64,000 nucleotides of DNA from Candidatus Hydrogenedentota bacterium (GTDB lineage: Bacteria; Hydrogenedentota; Hydrogenedentia; Hydrogenedentales; SLHB01), in the NCBI GenBank assembly GCA_963668025.2, contig CAXXTH010000017.1:1546230-1610229 (forward strand), given 5' to 3'. Below the pieces are notes generated by a model. That model saw nothing but the letters and a program-made list of their open reading frames with translations. It searched no databases and was not told the origin of the DNA. This document shows, in pieces, positions 56,287 to 64,000 of the stretch. Both the position numbers and the translations under genes were made by a program. How positions within the stretch are numbered: the first letter of the stretch is position 1; the number at the start of each line of letters is the position of its first letter.

Positions 56287-57651
56287 ATGATTGCTACGAT
56301 GCTGATGGTGTTAAGCGCGGTGGCGGGCGAGGCGCATGCCTATGCGCTTCAAGCAGGCGCTCCGGTATGGGACGTGGCCATTGACGATGTAAATGGCGAT
56401 GGCCTTAAAGATATCTATGCCCTGTGCTGTGTGGAAGATAGCGATCCGCTGCAAAAAACCGTGGCGTTGTTTTTGGCGGAAGCCGATGGGGGATATACGC
56501 CGGAGCCCTCGATTTGCATCGGGCTGGAGCCTGCCGCAGGGGGATTGTTTTTAGCGGAAACGGATGGGAAAGCCCCGAAAGAGCTTGTGGCCATCGATTC
56601 GCGCGGCGCTACGATCCATGGATACGCCGATGGGGCGTTCCATGTGGTTGCGCAGCCGCGCTTTATGAGCTTGATCCCATCCGGTGCGCGTGAGCCCATG
56701 TTCTTAAAGAGCGCCGCCCAGGATTTGGATGGCGACGGCATAGACGAATGGCTGATCCCAGTGCCTGCGGGGTATCAGATCCGCACGCCTCAGGACTTGC
56801 TGGCGGATGTCCCCTGCGACGTGGTGAGCGAGATCCAACGCACCCCCGTCCTCCGGATCTACCACCGTCTTCCCGCGATTCAAGAGTTCACGCTGGCGGG
56901 TGAAAAAGACAAGGGAGTGGCGTTCCTAAGTGACTCTTATGCGGATTTCGCATATGGCGCGGGATGGAAAGAACGCAAACGCTTCAAAGTGCCCGGCAAA
57001 GTGGACGAGAAATGGGAAGCCACCGCGTCGATGTCGGATATTAATGGCGACAACTTTCCAGATCTGGTCGTGTCGCAGCTCAAAGGCGCTATCAACATCG
57101 AGATGCTGACCCAGATCTATATTGCATCCGGGCCGTTTGAGTATCCTCCGTCGCCTACGGTGTCTTTCGGGTCCAAAGGCGCGATTGCAAGCCCGTTTAT
57201 TCAAGACGTGAATCAGGATGGGCATTCCGACTTGGTGTTTGTGAAAGTGCCGATTGGCGTCTCGACATTCGTTAATTATTTTTTATTCAAAAAACTGAAT
57301 ATGCAGGTCGAGGCGCATTTATTTGACGGCCAAGGCTACAAGGCCAAGCCGGATTTCACGCAAACGCTAAGCCTCAATGCGCCAGATGGGCGGGAGAAGA
57401 TCGCTTATGCCATGGGCGATTTCAACGGGGACGGCTTGAAGGATGTGCTGTTGAGCTCCGGCCCGGATCAGTTGGTGGTTTATTCGGGGAGCAAAGACGC
57501 TTTTGTGTCGGAAAAACCATGGCTTTCGGTCGCGGCCCCTTCGTTTGGAACCGCTCAAGCGTCTGATCTCAATGGCGATGGCCGCGATGATATCGTGCTC
57601 TACCACCCAGGCATCAGCAACAAAACGCGCATCGAGGTGGTCGCGTTTTAA
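56287..57651 (+). CDS. Secreted FG-GAP/VCBS repeat beta-propeller protein
   Basis: Signal peptide; DVNGDGLKDI, DLDGDGIDE, DINGDNFPDL, DVNQDGHSDL, GDFNGDGLKDV, DLNGDGRDDI. Confidence 0.9.
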   Translation: MIATMLMVLSAVAGEAHAYALQAGAPVWDVAIDDVNGDGLKDIYALCCVEDSDPLQKTVALFLAEADGGYTPEPSICIGLEPAAGGLFLAETDGKAPKELVAIDSRGATIHGYADGAFHVVAQPRFMSLIPSGAREPMFLKSAAQDLDGDGIDEWLIPVPAGYQIRTPQDLLADVPCDVVSEIQRTPVLRIYHRLPAIQEFTLAGEKDKGVAFLSDSYADFAYGAGWKERKRFKVPGKVDEKWEATASMSDINGDNFPDLVVSQLKGAINIEMLTQIYIASGPFEYPPSPTVSFGSKGAIASPFIQDVNQDGHSDLVFVKVPIGVSTFVNYFLFKKLNMQVEAHLFDGQGYKAKPDFTQTLSLNAPDGREKIAYAMGDFNGDGLKDVLLSSGPDQLVVYSGSKDAFVSEKPWLSVAAPSFGTAQASDLNGDGRDDIVLYHPGISNKTRIEVVAF

Positions 57652-57685
57652 AGCCATTCGAATAGACGATTACCGGCTTCTTCTT

Positions 57686-57709
57686 CGTAGCATGGGCGTC
57701 CCGCCCATG
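57686..57709. repeat. REP-like family A copy
   Basis: cgtagcatgggcgtcccgcccatg between convergent genes. Confidence 0.65.
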
Positions 57710-57745
57710 ATTCGTTCGAGTTTATTGCATATAAAGCGGATACAG

Positions 57746-58159
57746 TTAGAGCTTCGGAGGCTCTTTGCGCGCCTCAATGCCCAATTGTTCCGGACGTTCG
57801 AGCGAGCCGGGCTGTGGCGGCTTGATCTGGCCCGGCGATTTCATCGTGCATTTTCCCTCGAAGAGCACACCTTCGGCAATGCTCACCTTCGGCGCGGTGA
57901 TATCGCCGACGAGGCGGCCGTTGGAGGTGACTTCGAGGCGGTCATGGGCGAAGACATTGCCTTCGACTTCGCCGCTGATGACGATTTGGGCGGCCACAAG
58001 TTCCGCTTTGACCTTGCCGGTTTCCTGGACGATGATGGTTTCATCGCTATGGATGCGCCCATTTACCGCGCCTTCGATGCGAACGGTGACTTTCGAATGA
58101 ATCTCACCGGTGATGGTGGTGCCTTGGCCAATAATGGTTAGCGTCTTGCCTTCCGGCAT
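57746..58159 (-). CDS. Bactofilin (polymer-forming cytoskeletal protein)
   Basis: TIIGQGTTITGEI, VRIEGAVNGRI, GEVEGNV, GDITAPKVSIAEGVLFEGKC; probable start ATG 58159. Confidence 0.95.
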   Translation of the reverse strand: MPEGKTLTIIGQGTTITGEIHSKVTVRIEGAVNGRIHSDETIIVQETGKVKAELVAAQIVISGEVEGNVFAHDRLEVTSNGRLVGDITAPKVSIAEGVLFEGKCTMKSPGQIKPPQPGSLERPEQLGIEARKEPPKL

Positions 58160-58229
58160 ATTGCGTCTCTTTCCTGAATCCAGCATGAATTGCCTCGAAT
58201 GGTAATGTAGTCTTCCTGCGGGAGAGATA

Positions 58230-59285
58230 TTACGGCAAGAAGCCTTCCGGATCAACCGGATTGCCTTTTACGCGCACTTCATAGTGAAGGTGCGGCCCCG
58301 TACTGCGGCCCGTCGAACCCAGTTTACCGACTTGATCGCCTCGGTTGACCTGCTGGTTGACTTGCACATTCCGCGCGCTTAGGTGGGCGTATACGGTCTC
58401 ATATCCGTCGCCATGGTTGATGCGGATCACGTTTCCGTAATAGGCCTCGTAACCGGAGAAGGTGACGATGCCCCGGCCCGTGGCATAAACCGGCGAACCA
58501 TACGCGGCCCCAATATCGAGGCCGTCGTGATGGCGTATCGAATAGTTAATGGGATCTTTACGCCAGCCGAACCGCGAAGTGAGACGCCGCGTGCGTGCTG
58601 TGATAGGCCATTCGTACGGCATGCGCTCGACGCGTTCTTGTTTCGCCAAAACGGCTGTATGCAGCTCGGCCAAGCTGGCGCGCCGGACGCGGATTTCTTG
58701 CAGAATGAGGTCGGCGGAAGGACGCGCAAGGCCGTAGATCACATGAGGCGGATGCCATGCCACGGTCGTGCTGGCCGGTGCATTATCGGAGCCGCGCCCT
58801 GGCGGGCCGCCCTTGCCTTCGCTGGCGGTGGCGGTAGTGGCGTCCGCCACGAAATCGGCCGCCGAACTGGTGCGGGGTGGCAATCCTTGAATGCGGCGGA
58901 ATTTGTCTTCTTCGGAATAGAGTTCCGTTAACTCAGAGACAATTGCCCGGGTGCTGGCTTCATATTCTTTTCGGATCTTCCGCTCCAGCTCCTCCCGCTC
59001 CTGGCTGGTCATATTTTCTGGCGTGGGCGAGGACTTTGTGCTGGCTTGCTGGGCGAGCTCATGATTCGTGCGTTCGAGTTCTTTGATTTGAGACTGGGCG
59101 TTTTCGATGCGCTGATGGAGGTAAATGCCCGAGAACGTCAGCAAGGCGCTCAGGCACACAAGACCCAGCACCACCGCTCCGGTTACCCAGAGATGGGATG
59201 CGGCTACATCCAACGAGCGAGTGTTCCCCAAACCCTGCGGGACCACCATGACGGTCCAGCGCTTCATCGGGCAGGAACTCCGCAT
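58230..59285 (-). CDS. Membrane-anchored M23 family peptidoglycan endopeptidase
   Basis: N-terminal TM, coiled coil, TSRFGWRKDP, HDGLD (HxxxD), YAHL, STGPHLHYEV (HxH). Confidence 0.95.
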   Translation of the reverse strand: MRSSCPMKRWTVMVVPQGLGNTRSLDVAASHLWVTGAVVLGLVCLSALLTFSGIYLHQRIENAQSQIKELERTNHELAQQASTKSSPTPENMTSQEREELERKIRKEYEASTRAIVSELTELYSEEDKFRRIQGLPPRTSSAADFVADATTATASEGKGGPPGRGSDNAPASTTVAWHPPHVIYGLARPSADLILQEIRVRRASLAELHTAVLAKQERVERMPYEWPITARTRRLTSRFGWRKDPINYSIRHHDGLDIGAAYGSPVYATGRGIVTFSGYEAYYGNVIRINHGDGYETVYAHLSARNVQVNQQVNRGDQVGKLGSTGRSTGPHLHYEVRVKGNPVDPEGFLP

Positions 59286-59378
59286 ATGGCCGTTACACCA
59301 CTCATATGCATTCGTTCACGGTCCTTTGGCAGGAGTGCGACGTTGCTGCACCCCGTAACGTTCGCACAAGTCAAAGGT

Positions 59379-59407
59379 AGTATACGGGAGGGATAAGAGC
59401 AAGTCAA
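59379..59407 (-). promoter_or_regulatory. Sigma70-type promoter for the M23-bactofilin operon
   Basis: Minus strand TTGACT (59407-59402), 17 bp, TATACT (59384-59379). Confidence 0.7.
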
Positions 59408-59530
59408 GACTAGAAAAGGCGTGGATAACGTCTTTTCGGGTTTTTCGTATCTCAAAAACAATAAAACATCCTTATCGCAACGTATTTGAACGGATTGGCC
59501 ATCGTGCGTCTGCAATCCGAGAGGTTGTTT

Positions 59531-60097
59531 TTATCTTTCCATCTCTGCTTCGTCCATATAAAACATGCGGATAAAATCCTCGGGACGCGTATTTGGTTCC
59601 GCGCGCCGGTTAAAAACTTTTACCATCGTGGCATAGTCGTCGTGATGCTTGGTGTCTTCGAGATACAGCGCATGCAAGGGCGCGGTGTCGAAGACGCCGT
59701 TTTGATTTACGGGACAGCATACATCCTTATGCACCGTGAAGCCTCTGAACTGGCCATCCCGCGTTTCCTGGAGCTTGAAGGGAAATAACCGGCAGAGGAT
59801 GGGCCGGTCTTCATAGATGGCGCATCCGCGGGCGTCGCGGTCGAGGAAGCAGCAACCGTATTCCGGTTTACGCTGGAGGGCCATGACGTACCGCTGGCCA
59901 TTGCATCGAAGCCATGTAGGGTCGTCTTCCTCGACTTCAGAAATCTGATCGGGTGTGATGAATTCCAGGAATTCGAGCGGTTTCAGGCCAGTGGCCTTGA
60001 TGATGCAAATGGCGTCCCAGGGTGTGGGCAAGGCGATCACGTCAATGCAGCAATGCAGCGAGCGATGGCATTTGAAGCGTACGGTTTTCGTTCCCAT
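59531..60097 (-). CDS. YkgJ family cysteine-cluster protein
   Basis: FKCHRSLHCC, CCFLD...CAIYEDRPILCRLFPF; probable start ATG 60097. Confidence 0.88.
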   Translation of the reverse strand: MGTKTVRFKCHRSLHCCIDVIALPTPWDAICIIKATGLKPLEFLEFITPDQISEVEEDDPTWLRCNGQRYVMALQRKPEYGCCFLDRDARGCAIYEDRPILCRLFPFKLQETRDGQFRGFTVHKDVCCPVNQNGVFDTAPLHALYLEDTKHHDDYATMVKVFNRRAEPNTRPEDFIRMFYMDEAEMER

Positions 60098-60242
60098 GAC
60101 ATAAAGATACTGCAACGCGGGCGGGCGTGCAAATGGAGTTGGCCCGGGTGTGGTGTTGGGGTATAATCCCAAGTAGGCGAGGGCCGATGCGGAAGAGCCG
60201 CATCAAGTGAAATGGGGCAAAGGGCAAGAAGAGGGACAAGCA

Positions 60243-60410
60243 ATGCACATTCGCACCGTCAGCAGGATTCCCCGGCAAGCGTATCAGTTCGAGCAGATCT
60301 TGTTCGTGTTGAATGGGATCTTCGGTGTCATCGGCACAGTGTTCAGCACGGGCCGCACGGCGATATCCTTTTTCGAGGATGTGGCGAGTTTGATGAAGGG
60401 CGCGGAGTAA
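60243..60410 (+). CDS. Small hypothetical protein (55 aa)
   Basis: GAGGGA SD then MHIRTVSRIPRQAYQFEQILFVLNGIFGVIGTVF...; fills the gap between divergent and convergent genes. Confidence 0.55.
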   Translation: MHIRTVSRIPRQAYQFEQILFVLNGIFGVIGTVFSTGRTAISFFEDVASLMKGAE

Positions 60411-60416
60411 GGCCGT

Positions 60417-61538
60417 TCAAGCGGAAGAATGTTTGTCTTCGGGGGATGGCGTGGGCAGGCCCATCGCCGCAAGCGCAAACATGCCCCGCAAGAGCACGTT
60501 GCTTCGGCCCACGAGGCTGGTGAGCATGATCACCGCGCGGACGCTTCGGCGGGAGATTTTTACTTCTTGCCCGGAGGCGAAGCCGCGCTTGTGGTTAATA
60601 TTGCGCAAGGTCAGCACGGCCATGGCGATGGCCCACAGGCAGAATTTACGGATGCCTTGTTCGGAGCGCGGGATCAGCAAGGTATAGCGCAGGGCGTTGC
60701 GCAAGTGGCCGTGTGCGACGCCGATGAGCTGTGCAAGGCCCTTTTCAAATGCAGCGTTCTGTTGGCCTTGGGCCAAAGCACGCAAATCGAAGCCTTCCCG
60801 CTCAAACGCGCTTTGGGGGAGCCAGCAGACATCCCGCTGCTTGTCGTCCCAGATGTCTTTCAGAATATTGGTCATTTGCAAGCCTTGGCCAAACGAAGCC
60901 GCCAGGTGTTCGAGGGTATGCCGGTTGCGGGCAATGGCGGTTGAATGGGCGCAGAAGAGTTCAGTGAGCATTTCGCCCACAACACCCGCGACATAATAAC
61001 AGTAGGAATCCATCTGGCGCTGGTCGGCCAGGCCATGATGAAACCGCCCTTCCTGGAATGTTTCCATCCCTTCCGACATGATGCGCACGCACCGGGATAA
61101 CGCTTGCTGGTCTTCCATCGAGAAGGCATGGGTCAGGCGGATGACACGGGGCGTGTTGCGAATCAGCTCTTTTTCCGCATCAATGGTGCTGTCATCGAGC
61201 AAAGGGGCCAAACCGTATGCGAAAGCCTCGGGCGAATCCTGGCCTGTGACCACCCGCACGAATTGCTCCGAATACTGCTTCTTGGCGTTCACATCCAAAG
61301 CGGCGGAGTCTTCGATGGTGTCCGCGATGCGGCACAAGAGATAGGCGTTGCCTACCACCACCTGCAAATCCGATGGCAATTGGGGGATCGTGAGGGCGAA
61401 CGTGCGGGAAACGCCCTGCAAGATATGATCTTGATAGGCTAGATCCTCTCCCAACTCCGGGGATAAGACAGTTTGAACCGAGTTTTTTTTTGGTGAACGC
61501 CATGTTTTTTCAGCCTGTTTTTCACGCGGACCACCCAT
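60417..61538 (-). CDS. Squalene/phytoene synthase family protein (squalene synthase-like)
   Basis: VSRTFALTI, AYLLCRIADTIED, YCYYVAGVVG, FGQGLQMTNILKD, VKISR. Start uncertain. Confidence 0.93.
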   Translation of the reverse strand: MGGPREKQAEKTWRSPKKNSVQTVLSPELGEDLAYQDHILQGVSRTFALTIPQLPSDLQVVVGNAYLLCRIADTIEDSAALDVNAKKQYSEQFVRVVTGQDSPEAFAYGLAPLLDDSTIDAEKELIRNTPRVIRLTHAFSMEDQQALSRCVRIMSEGMETFQEGRFHHGLADQRQMDSYCYYVAGVVGEMLTELFCAHSTAIARNRHTLEHLAASFGQGLQMTNILKDIWDDKQRDVCWLPQSAFEREGFDLRALAQGQQNAAFEKGLAQLIGVAHGHLRNALRYTLLIPRSEQGIRKFCLWAIAMAVLTLRNINHKRGFASGQEVKISRRSVRAVIMLTSLVGRSNVLLRGMFALAAMGLPTPSPEDKHSSA

Positions 61539-61618
61539 CGCGGGATGCTCACAGGGTATTCGGCGGCGAGGTCGGTGTCAAGGCTTCTGTTATTAGGGGA
61601 GGGGAGTACGACACATTG

Positions 61619-61637
61619 CATGGGCGTCTCGCCCATG
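61619..61637. repeat. REP-like family A copy
   Basis: catgggcgtctcgcccatg. Confidence 0.65.
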
Positions 61638-61685
61638 TAACATGGGCTCTAGCATATCCTTCATGGGTGGGATGTTACGCTAGGT

Positions 61686-62888
61686 CTATTTGCCCTCCGT
61701 CCCGGGTGGAGCGCCGAAGTCTGGCACTTCCATTAGTATGCCGCCTTGCATAGCAGATTCATGGGCGATGAGGCCCGGGACGAGGTAGCGGGCCGCAGCC
61801 CAGATGTTGTTGGGCGGTGTTTTTCCCGTCACGCAGGCGGACACGAAATCATGCACCAGAAACTGGTGGGAGCCATTGTGGCCATTCGGCATTCCTAGGT
61901 ATTCTTTAGGTAGAAGGTGAACGGGATGAACCTCTGACACGTCGCAATGTGTGCCATCCGCCGAGGTGACTTTTGACATGCCTTCGCCGCCTCCCGCCGG
62001 GATTTCCTTGCACCGGAGCTTTTCGGAGACATTCTCGCAGGCCGCCCGCTCTTTGACCACCCACATATTGCCGCCGACCTGCTCCTCGTAGCTGGCTTCG
62101 GTGCCGTACAAGCTCATGCCAACCGTGCCCGGATGGCCTATCCGGCGAAACTCGCTGATGCGGGCGATACTCCCATCCGACATGCGGCACAGCATGGTTT
62201 CGTTGCTGAAAGGGTTTTTCCAGACATTATCCTCGCGTGCGTACAGGTTGTCCGGATGGCGATCCACGAATCCCATGCCGGAAACATGCGTCGCATGCGC
62301 GCCCCGTCACGGAGACGATCATGCTCGTCGAGTGGGTGGGATAAAACATCGGAGGCACGCCGTAATACTTCTCCCATTCTTTCCCATGCCGCCACTTCAT
62401 GACATCATAAAAGCCGTGGATATAGTCGTGGTAATATTCACCTTCACCATATACAATGTGGCCGAAATCGCCTTGGTTGTAGCGCATTCGGCAATAGATG
62501 GCGCAGGGGTAGTAATAGCTTGTCCTCACCCGATCATGTAGACCTTGCCTGTTTCTTCGACGGTTTTCACAAGCCGGGTGATTTCATTCAAGGAGATCGC
62601 CGAGGGTACAGCGGAATAGACATGTTTACCCGCTTGAAGCGCCTGTACCGCCTGGGGGCCATGGAGATGATGCTGCGTGATGATGGCCACCGCGTCCACA
62701 TCCAGTGCGCAAAGCGCGTCCAGCGAGGAACACCGGTCTTTAATGCCAAACTGGGCGCATTTGGCGTCGAGTTTCTCCGCATCCAGGTCGCACAGAATGA
62801 CATTCTCTACATTGGGGTGGTGTTTGAACAATGGGATAAAACACTCGGCAAACGCCCCTGTTCCGCAAATACCGACTCGTATACCCAT
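61686..62888 (-). pseudogene. Gfo/Idh/MocA oxidoreductase split by frameshifts (real or sequencing error)
   Basis: Three consecutive fragments (RVGICGTGAFA...GKHVYSAVP; TSYYYP...YGEGEYYH...YPTHS; MGFVD...GHNGSH...AHESA) join into one ORF if three single G insertions are removed. Confidence 0.85.
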
Positions 62889-63331
62889 TTAAACAGGCCT
62901 CCTATTGATATTTTCTTTTGGCCACAAAAATAACCGTCATCATCATCCAGTGTTTACTTAGTATAAGCATCCGCAAGGCGTATGTCACATTTATTCGGGT
63001 GTGTGCCACCAAAAGAGTATTGACGCGTTTTGCAGGGAAAACCGCCTTTCTTTTGTATATGAACATATACACCGAGCGCCTTGCCCGATAAAAAAGTTCG
63101 TATCGCCTGTTGAACGCTTCAAGATTGCCTGCTGTTTCTTTCGCTATCCGCACGTCCCCTTAGCACCTGGCTTCAGCCCTACCAAGTATAGGCATATTTT
63201 TTCGTCTCGGGGCCATAGCTGGAGGTTATTTTTAGTACCACTCCCATTATATCCGGGATTTATCAGTAATAATACTTTAATATTTATATAACGCTTCTAT
63301 ATAGTACCGCCAGCCAAAAGGAGGTGCTAGA

Positions 63332-64000
63332 ATGGAGCAGAAAAAACATACGGTGATCCGGCAGGTGGAAAGATTGGTTGACATGGGCCATGTAAAACGC
63401 AATGCCTGTGTGGTCCGGCACGTGACGCGGCTCGTTTTCTCGCCGGGCGCGGGGCCAAGCCAGACGGCGGGCAGCAAGCAAGCGGCGTGGGCGGAATCGA
63501 AATCATGGTATGACCTCATCAACAACCCGGACGTCAGCGTGAGCCAATTGCGCGAATTGCGGGCGCGAGTGGTGCTGGAGCAAGCAAGCGGGTCTTCCCT
63601 ATTGGTGCTGCACGACATTACCGAGTGCGATTTCTCCAAACATGCCGCCATGAGCGAGAAGATGGAGATTGGGGACCATCATGGAACCGGATACGAATAT
63701 CATCCCTGTGTCGCATGGGACTTCGATGAGCGACGCTTTGTGGGGGTTCTGCACGACACGGTCATTTCCGCCCTGGGGCCGGATGATGTGGGGGTGGCCG
63801 ATTATGACAGCGACCCCGCGCTCAAGCACGTCACGGCCGAGGAGCGCCAGCGCCTGCTGTTGAATCATCGGCATCAACTGGCCACGCACATTCGTTATCT
63901 GGCCACGCACATTCGTTATCTGGCCACCCAGGCGGCGAACCGCCATCTAACACACGTGGCGGATCGGGAATTCGACGATGTCTTGGCGATGGCGGCCGCC
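63332..64000 (+). CDS. IS4-family (IS50/Tn5-like) transposase, 3'-truncated by the window end
   Basis: Not in the ORF track; read by hand. AAGGAGGT SD, MEQKKHT...DMGHVKRN...WYDLINNPDV...LLVLHDITE (first Asp)...HVADREFD (second Asp, cf. Tn5 VCDREAD). Open to the end of the window. Confidence 0.85.
   Translation, partial: MEQKKHTVIRQVERLVDMGHVKRNACVVRHVTRLVFSPGAGPSQTAGSKQAAWAESKSWYDLINNPDVSVSQLRELRARVVLEQASGSSLLVLHDITECDFSKHAAMSEKMEIGDHHGTGYEYHPCVAWDFDERRFVGVLHDTVISALGPDDVGVADYDSDPALKHVTAEERQRLLLNHRHQLATHIRYLATHIRYLATQAANRHLTHVADREFDDVLAMAAA
63878..63927 (+). repeat. 21-bp perfect tandem duplication inside the transposase
   Basis: ctggccacgcacattcgttat x2 plus ctggccac, encoding LATHIRY-LATHIRY-LAT. 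Confidence 0.9.

Larger units (their letters stand above)
63241..64000 (+). mobile_element. IS4-family insertion sequence, left portion
   Basis: Transposase preceded by an AT-rich leader. The left boundary is a guess because the other end is outside the window. Confidence 0.55.

Noticed and set aside
62902-63291. Short ORFs in the AT-rich spacer, and a possible RNA gene there
   Set aside because: No SD, motifs or coding-like composition, and no tRNA or known RNA fold recognised.
63599-63946. Minus-strand ORF with a GQITNVR repeat
   Set aside because: Antisense reading of the 21-bp duplication in the transposase.

Overview
GC-rich bacterial DNA. Gene content suggests a diderm organism, possibly Ca. 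Hydrogenedentota or PVC-like; this is inference only. Bases 1-45350 form one + strand supercluster holding two type IV filament machines back to back. The first is a type II secretion operon: gspD (5'-truncated)-E-F-G-H-I-J-K-L-M. The second is an atypical retractile pilus system: pilB-pilT-pilB-pilC, a GspG-like Cys-free major pilin, three enlarged minor pilins, a 2630-aa GspK/PilX-scaffold tip pilin (Ca-type repeats, split lamin-tail domain), a 2214-aa secreted beta-helix/IPT protein in the PilY1 position, then a PilM-PilN fusion, PilO-like and PilP-like genes and a TPR-secretin. The fusion, the PilO-like protein and the secretin all carry long Gly-Met tracts. Spacers hold REP-like palindromes, a 72-bp palindrome and a G-quadruplex motif. 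The rest is mostly housekeeping or envelope genes: waaA, a CUT1 ABC importer, hydrolases, SCP2, malQ, an acyltransferase, TauE, an FG-GAP protein, a bactofilin-M23 pair, a YkgJ-like protein and squalene synthase. The window ends with a frameshifted Gfo/Idh/MocA gene and the 5' part of an IS4-family transposase. No rRNA, tRNA or CRISPR array was seen. All calls come from reading motifs; no database search was run.
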